From: an uncultured Candidatus Saccharibacteria bacterium
GTDB lineage: Bacteria; Patescibacteriota; Minisyncoccia; UBA6257; 1-14-0-10-44-23
DNA length: 64,000 nucleotides
Assembly: GCA_964394435.1 (NCBI GenBank)
Contig: CAYMXN010000001.1
Coordinates: 235,928-299,927 of the forward strand
Direction of reading: 5' to 3'
The notes beneath the pieces were generated by a model, which searched no databases, was not told where the DNA came from, and saw only the letters and a program-made list of their open reading frames with translations. The position numbers and the translations under genes were made by a program. Positions 17,217-27,223 of this stretch are shown piece after piece; within the stretch, counting starts at the first letter, position 1, and every line of letters starts with the position of its first letter.

Positions 17217-17804
17217 TTATATAACCTCGCTCGCTTTTACTACTTTATTCCTTCCCGCTCGCTTTGCTTGATAGAGTGCTTTATCAGCCTGCTTAAATAA
17301 GTCTTCAAAGTCTTTCGCATGAGCGAGGTCGGCGACTCCACAGCTGACAGTTAGATTAAACGACTTTCGTTTGTGTTTGATTGGTGTGTTTTCGACATGG
17401 CTACGGATATACTCGGCGATCACTCCCCCATCAACTTCGCTCGCACCAACTAAGCCAATTAAAATCTCTTCACCGCCCCAGCGACCAACGACATCAACTT
17501 CACGTACGCGCTCGGTAATCAGCTTGCTCATCATTTTGAGCGCCTCATCGCCCGCATCATGGCCATACGTGTCATTTATTTTCTTAAAGTGATCAGCATC
17601 GACAATAATCAAACAAAAGTTTTTCACTAAAAACGCCTGACGACGCTCGGGAAAGTTTTTAAACGCAACCACCTCGCTTAAAAATTTGCCCGCCTCTTCT
17701 TTAAAGCCACGACGGTTGTAGAGTTTAGTAAGCTCATCCTTAAAGGCGAGTTCTCGTAAGCGAGAGATTTCTTTTTTAAGCTTTTTAATTTCAGCGGCTG
17801 ACAT
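17217..17804 (-). CDS. GGDEF-domain diguanylate cyclase
   Basis: N-terminal coiled coil. RWGGEEILIG (GGEEI variant of GGDEF) and the D…YGHDAGDEALK region. Confidence 0.8.
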   Translation of the reverse strand: MSAAEIKKLKKEISRLRELAFKDELTKLYNRRGFKEEAGKFLSEVVAFKNFPERRQAFLVKNFCLIIVDADHFKKINDTYGHDAGDEALKMMSKLITERVREVDVVGRWGGEEILIGLVGASEVDGGVIAEYIRSHVENTPIKHKRKSFNLTVSCGVADLAHAKDFEDLFKQADKALYQAKRAGRNKVVKASEVI

Positions 17805-17818
17805 ATATAGCTACTATA

Positions 17819-18184
17819 TCAAATAACGCCTGCGGAGACCATTGTGAGAGCGGTAAGCGCAAGAATCGAGCCGACGACGAGTGCATCGGTTTTAAAGCCT
17901 GGGCGAGGCCAAAAGTAGTGCATGAGCCAAAAGCCAGCACTCGCAAGCAAAATATCCATTAGACTGTTTTGAATTCGGTCAGCTCCAGCGAGATACAACT
18001 CGACGAATTCCCAGCCAACCATGAGCGTGAGCGCGATGACATACGCCCATTTTTTTGAAAAACCCAACATACGTAAAAGCGCGGCGAGCATAAAGCCCCA
18101 CCCAAAGTGCACAAACGACCAGCGGTCGATATACACGCCAAGACTCCATGAACTAAGGACGATATTTGCGCGAGGGTCTGCCAT
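17819..18184 (-). CDS. small integral membrane protein
   Basis: 121 aa, four TM helices. Confidence 0.45.
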   Translation of the reverse strand: MADPRANIVLSSWSLGVYIDRWSFVHFGWGFMLAALLRMLGFSKKWAYVIALTLMVGWEFVELYLAGADRIQNSLMDILLASAGFWLMHYFWPRPGFKTDALVVGSILALTALTMVSAGVI

Positions 18185-18188
18185 GGTC

Positions 18189-19094
18189 TTACTTCAAGTC
18201 CATACCCCGCAGGGCCTTGATTCTTTCTTCGATTGGCGGATGAGTCATAAAGAGCTTGTGCAGAAATGGAGTTTTCTTTTCTCCGTTAAAGGGGTCGTCA
18301 ATCCATAAATGCGCCGTACTGTTATTGGCTGGTGGCATCGGCGTTTTGTCAGTCGCGATTTTCTGTAACGCGTTCGCGAGCCCTTCAGGATAACGAGTTA
18401 AGAGCGCGCCAGAGGCGTCTGCGAGCGACTCACGCCGACGAGAGATTGCTAATCTCATTAATGTAGCGGCGATGGGTGCTAAGATAGCGAACACCAGTCC
18501 GATAACAAGCATTACCGCTTGTATCTGTCCGCCGTTGCGATCATTGCTCGACCGACGAAACATTGTTGAGCGAAGAAAAATATCTGAAAGAATAGCAATA
18601 AATCCAGCGAGCACCACGATCACCGTCGAAACAAGCATATCGCGATTGCCGATGTGCGAAAGCTCGTGCGCCAACACACCTTCGAGCTCTGCCTTATCTA
18701 ATTTAGCCAAAAGGCCGGTAGTCACCGCGATTACCGCGTGTTCAGGATTGCGCCCGGTCGCAAATGCATTTAATTGTGGTTGGTCGATAATATATATCTT
18801 TGGCACGGGCAGTCCGGCGGTGATGCAGAGATTTTCTACTAAGCGGTATAGTTCACGATTATTCTCTACACTTACCGGCTGGGCGCGGTACATTTTGAGT
18901 ACGAGCTTGTCCGAAAACCAGTACGCCCAGATATTCATACAGAGCGCAAATGCGACGGCGATATACAAAATACTTGTGTTGCCATAGATCTGACTGAATA
19001 CCCAGCCGATGCCAATGACGATAACTAAAAAGAGCGTGAGCATAACCCACGTTTTACGAATATTAGAGGTTTTCTGTGAATACAAAGAAGCCAT
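18189..19094 (-). CDS. htpX: zinc metalloprotease HtpX (M48 family)
   Basis: HELSHI zinc-binding motif and TM helices. Confidence 0.8.
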   Translation of the reverse strand: MASLYSQKTSNIRKTWVMLTLFLVIVIGIGWVFSQIYGNTSILYIAVAFALCMNIWAYWFSDKLVLKMYRAQPVSVENNRELYRLVENLCITAGLPVPKIYIIDQPQLNAFATGRNPEHAVIAVTTGLLAKLDKAELEGVLAHELSHIGNRDMLVSTVIVVLAGFIAILSDIFLRSTMFRRSSNDRNGGQIQAVMLVIGLVFAILAPIAATLMRLAISRRRESLADASGALLTRYPEGLANALQKIATDKTPMPPANNSTAHLWIDDPFNGEKKTPFLHKLFMTHPPIEERIKALRGMDLK

Positions 19095-19146
19095 TTATCT
19101 TAGTATGTAGGAAGTAGTTCGTTTAATAACCACCTTCCGTAGTGAT

Positions 19147-19704
19147 TTAAAACTTCACACTCACTGGCTGCTTTTCGGCTTCAGAGGCGGCCTCGAAAAA
19201 CTTTTCGGTCGAGAAGTTAAACATACCGGCGACGAGGTTTGACGGGAAGGTCTGAATTTTGGTGTTCAGATCGAGGACGGTGTTGTTGTAGAAACGACGA
19301 GCGGACATCATTTTGTTCTCGGTATCGGAAAGTTCCTGCTGAAGCGCCAAAAAGTTCGCGTTAGCCTTTAAATCTGGATAGTTTTCAGAAACTGCGAATA
19401 AGGTTTTAAGTGTTTGCGAAAGTTGATTTTCAGCACCTGCCTTATCTATTGCCGAGCCGGTCGCACCCATCGCGGCAGCGCGCGCCTTAGTTACGTTTTC
19501 AAAAACTCCCTGTTCGTGTTTCGCATACCCTTTGACGGTTTCAACTACGTTTGGAATTAAGTCGAAACGGCGCTTGCTTTGCACGTCGATATCGGAAAGT
19601 GCCTCGCGCATACGGTTACGCATACGGATGAGCCCGTTAAACGTGCCAATGAGCCAGAGAACCAGAACCGCAAAAACAATAATCAAAATAGTAAGTGTAG
19701 ACAT
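19147..19704 (-). CDS. lemA: LemA-family protein
   Basis: N-terminal TM helix, then a LemA-like region (RRFDLIPNVVETVKGYAKHEQ…). Confidence 0.75.
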   Translation of the reverse strand: MSTLTILIIVFAVLVLWLIGTFNGLIRMRNRMREALSDIDVQSKRRFDLIPNVVETVKGYAKHEQGVFENVTKARAAAMGATGSAIDKAGAENQLSQTLKTLFAVSENYPDLKANANFLALQQELSDTENKMMSARRFYNNTVLDLNTKIQTFPSNLVAGMFNFSTEKFFEAASEAEKQPVSVKF

Positions 19705-19798
19705 ATGTGATTAGTTTAGATGTTTTGACCTGCAGGTGCAAGTAATGAGGATTAATGCGGGTCTCAAAGGCTAGAAATCAGCATTTCTACCCCACCCC

Positions 19799-19826
19799 TT
19801 GACAAATATAATAGGTATGCTATACT
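19799..19826 (+). promoter_or_regulatory. sigma70 promoter (TTGACA-N16-gTATGcTATACT)
   Basis: Near-consensus hexamers with an extended -10 TG. No plus-strand CDS downstream. Confidence 0.5.
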
Positions 19827-19833
19827 AATTTTA

Positions 19834-20060
19834 TCCACGGGTGGGGAAACCAGCCCCGCGGACGCGCAAGCGGCGTTACGAAAATAACGTTGCGGGCGGC
19901 CACCTGGAGAAGTTAAGAAATCACTCTTGGGCTAACGGCCCACCCCGCTGGCACGGCGCGCAAGTGTCGTGCCAGCGGGCTCTACTCTAATTTAGGGGCA
20001 TCTACATCTAATATTCGCCCCGCCTAAAGGCCAGACTCTTCTCAGAGCTCTGGCCGCTTT
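19834..20060 (+). ncRNA. candidate structured GC-rich ncRNA (about 225 nt), unclassified
   Basis: Promoter upstream, terminator (GGCCAGAG…CTCTGGCC plus T7) downstream. Internal perfect stem GCTGGCACG-N12-CGTGCCAGC and GGGTGGGG/CCCCACCC segments. GC far above surroundings. No ORF with RBS. Confidence 0.4.
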
Positions 20061-20062
20061 TT

Positions 20063-20683
20063 TTATTTAAACGCAATCAGATCAAGAAGCTGCTGGGCGG
20101 TCATCGGCGAGTCCTGGCCAAAACGAATCGAGAGTACTCGGTCGCCAAAACGATTTTGTAAGAAGTAGTGCGTACCACTCGCGCCACAGTTATAGAGCTC
20201 TCCAGTCGGGGTGACCTGAAGCTTGCGACATACTGGGTCTACGCACGGACCCTGGTTTGGGTCGCAAGTTTTTGAAGCAGTTTTTAATAACTTGCCTTCG
20301 ACATAATCAACTGTTTTTGCGTTAGCATTAATCCAGTCGGTTATATTCATAAGCGGATCCTTTTCGCTCACGATAAATCGATACGTGTATGGGTTGTCCC
20401 CTGTTTCAAGGGCCTGATTGATATACTCGCCGTCAATGACGAGGGTTTTTAGTGTACGCTCGTGAACTGAAAATCCATCTGGCAAATTAATCACGTAATC
20501 AGTTTCGCCAGACTTTGAAGGCGCAGAAACATTAATGCGTGAACCAGACGATGCGGTCGACGAAGCGTTCGTGTTGGTTGTTGTTTGCTGAATAGGCAGC
20601 GTACCGCTCGCACTTCCGAATATGAATCCGGCGATTGCAGCAACAACTAATATACCAATAAACGTATAATGACGTTTTTTCAT
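20063..20683 (-). CDS. secreted hypothetical protein
   Basis: Signal peptide/TM (MKKRHYTFIGILVVAAIAGFIFGSA). Confidence 0.5.
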   Translation of the reverse strand: MKKRHYTFIGILVVAAIAGFIFGSASGTLPIQQTTTNTNASSTASSGSRINVSAPSKSGETDYVINLPDGFSVHERTLKTLVIDGEYINQALETGDNPYTYRFIVSEKDPLMNITDWINANAKTVDYVEGKLLKTASKTCDPNQGPCVDPVCRKLQVTPTGELYNCGASGTHYFLQNRFGDRVLSIRFGQDSPMTAQQLLDLIAFK

Positions 20684-20698
20684 ATAGCTTTAGTGTAC

Positions 20699-20737
20699 CA
20701 AACAAAAACCGCCAGCCCAAGGCTGGCGGTTTTCTTT
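20699..20737 (-). terminator. groEL terminator (CCGCCAGCC-ttgg-GCTGGCGG plus T-run on the minus strand)
   Basis: Seen in sequence. Confidence 0.7.
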
Positions 20738-20738
20738 T

Positions 20739-22382
20739 TTACATCCCCATGCCCATACCTCCACCCATGCCACCTCCTGGCATCGCCGGCTCATCCTTCT
20801 TTGGTAGGTCGGCAACTGCGGCACCAATCATTAAGTAATTTGAGGCGACGGAGAGTGCGTTGAGAAACGCTGTCTTGGTTACTTTGAGCGGATCTACAAT
20901 CCCCGCCTCCTTGAGATTACCAAGCGTGTTGGTCATCGCGTTAAAGCCCAGCCACGCATCATTTTTGGCACGCTTCTCGGTTTCAAGCTTTTTCACGATT
21001 GAGTCGGATTGCCCACTGTTGGCGACAATCGCCATAATTGGGGCGCGGAGCGCGTGCTGGAGAATTGCTACCGCGGCTTTGCCCGCATCGCTGGTCGAAC
21101 TCATCTCTTCGAGACCAACATTAAAGAGCGCAATACCACCACCTGGAACAATACCCTCTTCCATAGCGGCGCGTGTTGCGGCGACCGCGTCTTCAACGCG
21201 CTGTTTCAGCTCTTTTTGCGCGGCCTCGGTTGGGGCACCGACTTTAATGACGGCGACACCGCCAGCAAGCTTACCAAGACGCTCTTGAAGCTTTTCTTTA
21301 TCAAAGCTCGAGTCGGTCTTGCTAATCTGAGCCTTAATCTCGGCAACACGGGCGGAAATATTTTTCTTGTCGCCCTTCCCACCGACGATCGTCGTATTGT
21401 CCTTGGTTGAAGTCACGCGACGAGCGTGTCCGAGGTCAGAAAGTTCAACTGTCTCTAGCTTTTTGCCGAGTTCGTCAGCGATAAACTGTCCACCGGTGAT
21501 AATCGCGATATCCTGGAGCATCTCTTTCTTGCGGTCACCAAATCCTGGAGCTTTGACTGCCAGTACGTTAAACGTACCGCGGAGTTTGTTTACGATGAGC
21601 GTAGTGAGCGCCTCACCCTCAACCTCTTCAGCGACAATCACCATTTCTTTCTTTCCGCTCTCAACCACCTTTTCTAAAATTGGCAGCAACTCCTTGATCG
21701 AGCCGATTTTCTTATCCGTAACGAGGATGTATGGATCTTCTAAAACCGCCTCCATACGTTCGGTATTACTCACCATATACTGACTGATATAACCACGATC
21801 AAACTGCATGCCTTCGACAAGCTCGTACGTGTTGGAAATTGTATTGGAGTCGTCGATTGAGACAACGCCCTCGCGACCAACCTTACCCATTACTTCGGCG
21901 ATTAACTTACCAATCTCTGCGTCTTTGGCGGAAAGTGTCGCAACCTCCTGAATCTTTTTATTGTCGTTAATTGGTTCTTTCTGCTTTTCGAGCGCCTTAA
22001 TTACGTCCTGGGAACGGCTCTTGAGCTCGTCAGCCAACTGAATAACGTTAAAACCATCTTCTTTGATTGCCTTTTCACCCGCGTTAATCATCGCGTGTGC
22101 GAGCACGATCGAAGTGGTCGTCCCATCACCCACATTGTCGTTGGTTTTGTCGGCAGCTTGCTTGATAAGCTCCGCGCCGAGATTTTCAAACTTGTCCTCG
22201 AGCTCAACTTCTTTGGCTACCGTAACTCCGTCAAACGTAACCTGTGGAGCACCATAACCCTTTTCAATAACCACCGCACGGCCGCGAGGACCAAGCGTCA
22301 TCTTGACCGCTTCGGCGAGCTTATCGATACCTTTTTTGATTGAGGAGCGCGCCTCGTCGTTGAATTTAAGTTGTTTAGCCAT
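20739..22382 (-). CDS. groEL: chaperonin GroEL
   Basis: 547 aa. [13 protein letters not shown]-terminus and a C-terminal GGM repeat tail. Confidence 0.95.
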   Translation of the reverse strand: MAKQLKFNDEARSSIKKGIDKLAEAVKMTLGPRGRAVVIEKGYGAPQVTFDGVTVAKEVELEDKFENLGAELIKQAADKTNDNVGDGTTTSIVLAHAMINAGEKAIKEDGFNVIQLADELKSRSQDVIKALEKQKEPINDNKKIQEVATLSAKDAEIGKLIAEVMGKVGREGVVSIDDSNTISNTYELVEGMQFDRGYISQYMVSNTERMEAVLEDPYILVTDKKIGSIKELLPILEKVVESGKKEMVIVAEEVEGEALTTLIVNKLRGTFNVLAVKAPGFGDRKKEMLQDIAIITGGQFIADELGKKLETVELSDLGHARRVTSTKDNTTIVGGKGDKKNISARVAEIKAQISKTDSSFDKEKLQERLGKLAGGVAVIKVGAPTEAAQKELKQRVEDAVAATRAAMEEGIVPGGGIALFNVGLEEMSSTSDAGKAAVAILQHALRAPIMAIVANSGQSDSIVKKLETEKRAKNDAWLGFNAMTNTLGNLKEAGIVDPLKVTKTAFLNALSVASNYLMIGAAVADLPKKDEPAMPGGGMGGGMGMGM

Positions 22383-22390
22383 AAGAATGA

Positions 22391-22678
22391 TTAACTAAGA
22401 ATTGCTAATATATCGTCCTCGTCCCCGACTAAGTACTTTTTGCCCTCGATCTCGATCTCGTCCGGGCCGTATTTTTTATATATTACCTGGTCGCCAACTT
22501 TGACGGTCATCGGCACGAGCTTGCCGTCATCAAACTTGCCCGGCCCTGTAGCCACCACCTTACCAATCATTGGCTTTTCACCTGAAGCATTTTCTGGAAG
22601 CACGATACCTGACTTAGTCTTTTTGTCTTCACTGACTGGCTCAATTAATACCCGACTACCTAATGGTTTAATGTTCAT
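22391..22678 (-). CDS. groES: co-chaperonin GroES
   Basis: Start at MNIKPLGSRVLIEP. 96 aa, mobile-loop region. Confidence 0.9.
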   Translation of the reverse strand: MNIKPLGSRVLIEPVSEDKKTKSGIVLPENASGEKPMIGKVVATGPGKFDDGKLVPMTVKVGDQVIYKKYGPDEIEIEGKKYLVGDEDDILAILS

Positions 22679-22875
22679 CCCGTTACTCATAATTAGTGTG
22701 TATATTTTTGTAATTAACTGCTTTTGGTATACGACCCGATCCATCACTAGATACAGCCGTGACTACGGGACAAGTATTGTTTAAAAGTTAAATATTACCG
22801 AAAATTACTTATTTTTAATGATATCTGACCTTTAAAGTAAGGCTAGTATAAACCCGAAAAAACACCCAGTCAATA

Positions 22876-22903
22876 TAAAACCGCCTTTCGGCGGTTTTAT
22901 ATA
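22876..22903 (-). terminator. trxB terminator (AAAACCGCC-gaaa-GGCGGTTTTAT)
   Basis: Seen in sequence. Confidence 0.7.
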
Positions 22904-22909
22904 CTCTCG

Positions 22910-23863
22910 TTACTGATGTGCTCCAGTCAGATGATTTCTATGAAGGAAGTCGTAGATGTTCAAAATCGCTTTTACCGCGTCACCGGCAGATATGTTGTTC
23001 TGTTTATAGAGCACATCAGACACATCACCTGCCGCCCAAATACCAACCTGTGAGCTTGCTTGCGTTTTATGATCAACGATTACCTCGCCAATTTTATTCA
23101 GACTGACAATATTTTTCACAAAGTCAGAATTTGGCATCGAACCGATTTCGATAAATACACCATCAACCTTAAGCTCTTTCGCTTCGCCGGTCTTTGCATC
23201 TTTGTACTGAAACGCATTGACGGTCTTTTCACCAAGAATTTCAGCTGGTACCGCGTTAAATAAGACGCTCACCTTTGGGTGCTTCTGAATCTTTTCATAC
23301 GTAGTGGCGTCACCGCGAATCTGGTCACCACGAACAATGAGATAAATCTTTTCTGCGTACGGAATTGAGTCGATGACCGCCTCAAGACCGGCGTTGCCGG
23401 CACCCACCACTGCTACGGTTTTATTTTTGAACAGCGGCGCGTCGCAGGTCGAACAAAATACGACACCCCTTCCATCAAGACGATCTTCACCTGGAATACC
23501 TAGCCGCTTGCGACGACTGCCACTTCCGAGAAAGACTGTGTTTGCCTCAACTACCTTTCCACTTTCTGTTGTAATACGAAAAAATCCTTTTGGTGGTTCG
23601 CCATTTACTTTTTCAATTGACTTTACGCGCTCACCGTCAACAATCTCAAGGCCCTGCTGTGCACGAACATGCGCCTCAAGATCTTGCGCAAGCTTAAGAC
23701 CAGGGATTGAGGTTGTACCAATCCAGTTTTGGATATCATTAGAAACAATTGACTGTCCGCCAAATGTTTCAGTAATGAGGACTGTTTTGATTTGTTTGCG
23801 GGCGGCGTAGACGCCGGCGGCTACTGCCGCCGGGCCACCTCCGATAATTACCAACTCGTACAT
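22910..23863 (-). CDS. trxB: thioredoxin-disulfide reductase
   Basis: GGGPAA FAD motif, redox-active CSTC (CxxC), second GxGxxG. Confidence 0.85.
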   Translation of the reverse strand: MYELVIIGGGPAAVAAGVYAARKQIKTVLITETFGGQSIVSNDIQNWIGTTSIPGLKLAQDLEAHVRAQQGLEIVDGERVKSIEKVNGEPPKGFFRITTESGKVVEANTVFLGSGSRRKRLGIPGEDRLDGRGVVFCSTCDAPLFKNKTVAVVGAGNAGLEAVIDSIPYAEKIYLIVRGDQIRGDATTYEKIQKHPKVSVLFNAVPAEILGEKTVNAFQYKDAKTGEAKELKVDGVFIEIGSMPNSDFVKNIVSLNKIGEVIVDHKTQASSQVGIWAAGDVSDVLYKQNNISAGDAVKAILNIYDFLHRNHLTGAHQ

Positions 23864-24099
23864 TATTTTGCTGCAGCTACTACGTTTTCGATCTCCTTTT
23901 TATTGAATCCAACAAAAATCTGACCATCGATATCGATAACCGGCACACCAAGCTGTCCAGACTTCTGAACCATTTCTTCGCGCTCGTTATCATCTTCGGC
24001 GACATTTACTTCGGTATACTTCAGGTTCTTTGAACCGAAATACTCCTTAGCCATCTTACAGTAGACACAACTCGGGGTTGAATAAATTTTGATGTTCAT
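23863..24099 (-). CDS. glutaredoxin/NrdH-like redoxin
   Basis: 78 aa. CVYC active site in KIYSTPSCVYCKMAKEYF. Confidence 0.7.
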   Translation of the reverse strand: MNIKIYSTPSCVYCKMAKEYFGSKNLKYTEVNVAEDDNEREEMVQKSGQLGVPVIDIDGQIFVGFNKKEIENVVAAAK

Positions 24100-24148
24100 A
24101 GTGTTATTAGTTTAATTAATTACTTTCAGTATACCAAGGCTGTCAAGT

Positions 24149-24801
24149 TTATTTACCAGCTGCTTGCAGTGCTGCGTCGATCGCTGATTTAAATACTGCG
24201 AACGGTTGAGCTCCAGAAACTGGTGTGCCGTTGATATAGCTCGCTGGTGTGCCATCAACTCCGGCCGCATTTCCGTCGGCGGTATCTTTCGCAATCTCAT
24301 CTTTCGGCTTTTGCGAGGTTAGACACTGACTAAAAACTCCTTTATTGAGTCCAAGATCCCCGGCGAGCTTCGTGTAATCGAGCGTTGCGATCTGTGCCTG
24401 ACGATCAAAAATAGCGTCGTGCATCTTCCAATAAGCCCCCTGATCTTTAGCGCACTCTGCGGCAATCGCAGCTGGCATAGCGGACAGGTGGAATGAGAGC
24501 GGGTAGTCGCGAAATACCATACGAACCTTACCTGTTTTAATATATTGCTCGCGGATCTGCCCTTCAGTCTCCTTGTACATCTTTTCACAAAACGGGCACT
24601 CGTAATCACCAAATACGATCATCGTAACTGGCGCATTTGGATCACCTAACACGACATCGTCATCAATAGTTGGAGCGGCTGGCGCAACTTGCTGCCCTGG
24701 TTGCTCATTTTTTACTGGCGCTCCTGTGCGCGGACCAGCAGTGTAGATCACCGCACCCGCGATCAAGATACCGGCAAAAATAATACTCGCGGGCACCATC
24801 A
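24149..24801 (-). CDS. DsbA-like thiol:disulfide oxidoreductase, membrane-anchored
   Basis: Start at MMVPASIIF (GGAAGGAAG RBS upstream). TM helix. CPFC active site. Confidence 0.65.
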
Positions 24802-24937
24802 TTTTATTACTTCCTTCCATATAATTTTTGAAAATATATTTATAAATTTTATTGCCCGCCGCACCTTGGACAAGGGGCTTGGATTTCATTATGATGAGGC
24901 TGTATACAGGTTGTCAAACAACCCCCTGTGAGCGAAT

Positions 24938-26302
24938 ATGAACCCATTCATTAAAATCCGCGCGCTAGCCCGTATTCCTGTGCTTATCCTTGGCGATATC
25001 GCTATTTTTTATGCTTCACTTTTTATCGCCTTAAGTATTCGCTATGGTCTCGCTCCACTTAGCCACCTTGCTGACCACTTGATTCCTTTTTCAATCGGAC
25101 TGCTCCTCTGGCTCGTTATCTCATACATCAGTGGCCTCTATGAGCGTGCTTCGCTTAAAAATACCTCGTCATTTTATGCGACCTTTTTAGTATCGCTGGT
25201 TATTGAGATGCTCGCACTTATCGCCCTCTTCTATTTAGTTCCGGCATTTGGCATCGCTCCAAAAGCAAACCTCTTTATTTTTACCGCTGTTTTTGCCGTA
25301 CTTGAAGCTATTTGGCGCGCCATACTTAATATCATATTGCGCGCAAGCGGTTCGCGCATACGGCTTATGTTTCTTGGTGCTAGCCACAACATGACCGAAA
25401 TCAAAGAACATCTTGAGCGCAATCCGCAGCTTGGATATGAAGTAATCACTTGGTACAGCGATGAGCCAACGCACCAGACCAGCGAACAGCTTTTACGCGA
25501 AATCGCTACTAAGCAAATCCACTTTGTTGTCGTTTCTGCACAGCTTGAAAAAACAAAAACGTTTAAAGACTTTGCGTATAAAAATGCGGTTAGTGGAGTT
25601 CCGCTTCTTAGTCTTGCAGTGCTCTACGAGCAAATCTTTTCCCGCGTATCACTGGCCGAACTTGAAGAGTCGTGGTCACTTAAAGATATAACGTATGAAG
25701 CTCGCCTGTACCAATCAATAAAGCGTGTTCTTGAACTTTTGGGCGTGCTCCTTATTGGAATTATTGCACTTCCCTTTGCGATTATTACCGCACTCGCCAT
25801 CCTACTTACTTCTCGCGGCCCTGTTTTTTATAAGCAGCGACGCGTTGGTAAACGAAAACAGCTTTTTTGGCTTTATAAGTTTCGTAGTATGTATGCTGAA
25901 AAAGAAAAAAACCCAGACGCTGATGCGAGTAAGCCAATTTGGACCAGCGGCAATGACCAACGCATCACTCCAGTTGGGAAGTTTATTCGCTTCACTCATC
26001 TCGATGAGCTTCCGCAGCTTATCAATATAGTAAAGGGAGAGATGTCGTTTATCGGCCCGCGCCCCGAGCGACCAGAATTTGACGCGGATTTAGAGCAAAA
26101 GATCCCGTACTACGAGCTCCGCTATCTCGCTAAGCCTGGTATTACCGGCTGGGCGCAAATCAACTATCGATACGGCGCATCGGTTGAAGACGCGTACGCT
26201 AAATTGCAGTACGACCTGTACTACCTTGCTCACCGATCACTGCTTTTAGATATTTCCATCCTGCTCAAAACTATTAAAAAGTTTTTTGTGCAGGTTGATT
26301 AA
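24938..26302 (+). CDS. polyprenyl-phosphate sugar phosphotransferase (WbaP/bacterial sugar transferase family)
   Basis: N-terminal TM helices. C-terminal motifs SRGPVFYKQRRVGK, LDELPQLINIVKGEMSFIGPRPERP. Confidence 0.85.
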   Translation: MNPFIKIRALARIPVLILGDIAIFYASLFIALSIRYGLAPLSHLADHLIPFSIGLLLWLVISYISGLYERASLKNTSSFYATFLVSLVIEMLALIALFYLVPAFGIAPKANLFIFTAVFAVLEAIWRAILNIILRASGSRIRLMFLGASHNMTEIKEHLERNPQLGYEVITWYSDEPTHQTSEQLLREIATKQIHFVVVSAQLEKTKTFKDFAYKNAVSGVPLLSLAVLYEQIFSRVSLAELEESWSLKDITYEARLYQSIKRVLELLGVLLIGIIALPFAIITALAILLTSRGPVFYKQRRVGKRKQLFWLYKFRSMYAEKEKNPDADASKPIWTSGNDQRITPVGKFIRFTHLDELPQLINIVKGEMSFIGPRPERPEFDADLEQKIPYYELRYLAKPGITGWAQINYRYGASVEDAYAKLQYDLYYLAHRSLLLDISILLKTIKKFFVQVD

Positions 26303-27223
26303 ATGAACAAGCGACTCAACATCATCGTAACGGGTGGCGCTGGATTTATCGGAAGCCATATCGTTGATCTCTATATTGCCGCCGGTCATCACGTTGCGAT
26401 AATCGACAACCTTTCAACTGGCTTCAAGAAGAATATTCATCCTCGAGCGCGTTTCTACCATGCGGATATTCGCGACAAACAAGCGATCGACAAAATTTTC
26501 GCCATCGAGCGGCCAGATATCGTAAATCATCAAGCGGCACTCGCTGCGGTAGTAAGTGGTGAAAAAAACCAAAATGCGGCGTATGAGATTAATGTGATTG
26601 GTACTATAAACCTCTTAACTACCCCTACCCCGATTAAACGGTTTATCTTCGCCTCAACTGGCGGAGCGATGTATGGACTTAATGCCCGGCCAAGACCAAC
26701 AAATGAAGAGGCGCCGCGCCGCCCAGTTTCTGCATACGGTTTTTCAAAACTCCTCGCTGAACAGGCGGTTATCCACTTTGCCCGCGAACGAAAATTTTCG
26801 TATGTAATCCTCCGTCCGGCAAACGCTTTTGGTCCTCGCCAAAATCCAAAAGGAGAAGCTGGAGTTGTCGCCCTATTCACCTATATGATGAAACACGATA
26901 TCCAGCCAATCATCTATAATAAGAAGGCTACTCGCGATTATGTATATGTTGGTGATATTGCCGCTCTTAATCTCGCCGCGCTCTCCGGACCAAAGAATGT
27001 AATTTGTAATGTTGGGACCGGCATTGAGACTTCGAACGAGCAGATTTTTAAGCTCATTGCGAAGCAGTGCGGCTATGCGGGTAAGCCAGTTTATAAACTA
27101 GCGCGACAAGGCGAAGTGCTTCATGCAGCGCTTGATGCTCGCTATGCGCGCAAAATCTTTAAGTGGAAACCAGCTGTCAATCTAACTACAGGTATTACCC
27201 ACGTATATGCTCAAAAAGATTAA
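26303..27223 (+). CDS. NAD-dependent sugar epimerase/dehydratase (SDR family)
   Basis: VTGGAGFIGSH Rossmann motif, YxxxK region. Confidence 0.8.
   Translation: MNKRLNIIVTGGAGFIGSHIVDLYIAAGHHVAIIDNLSTGFKKNIHPRARFYHADIRDKQAIDKIFAIERPDIVNHQAALAAVVSGEKNQNAAYEINVIGTINLLTTPTPIKRFIFASTGGAMYGLNARPRPTNEEAPRRPVSAYGFSKLLAEQAVIHFARERKFSYVILRPANAFGPRQNPKGEAGVVALFTYMMKHDIQPIIYNKKATRDYVYVGDIAALNLAALSGPKNVICNVGTGIETSNEQIFKLIAKQCGYAGKPVYKLARQGEVLHAALDARYARKIFKWKPAVNLTTGITHVYAQKD

Noticed and set aside
19834-20060. tmRNA or RNase P RNA identity for the GC-rich ncRNA candidate (and tmRNA for 3340-3595)
   Set aside because: No GGTTCGAATCC-type T-arm, no tag-peptide reading frame ending in hydrophobic residues before a stop, and no GGAAAGTCCGG / ACAGAACCCGGCTTA-like P4 elements. 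Length is too short for RNase P.
20860-21783. Three plus-strand ORFs (142, 133, 138 aa) antisense to groEL
   Set aside because: They are entirely within the highly conserved groEL coding sequence on the opposite strand. Low-complexity Ser/Ala-rich products.
22680-22900. CIRCE (HrcA operator TTAGCACTC-N9-GAGTGCTAA) upstream of groES
   Set aside because: No inverted repeat of that form is present in the groES upstream region. Heat-shock control here must use another mechanism.
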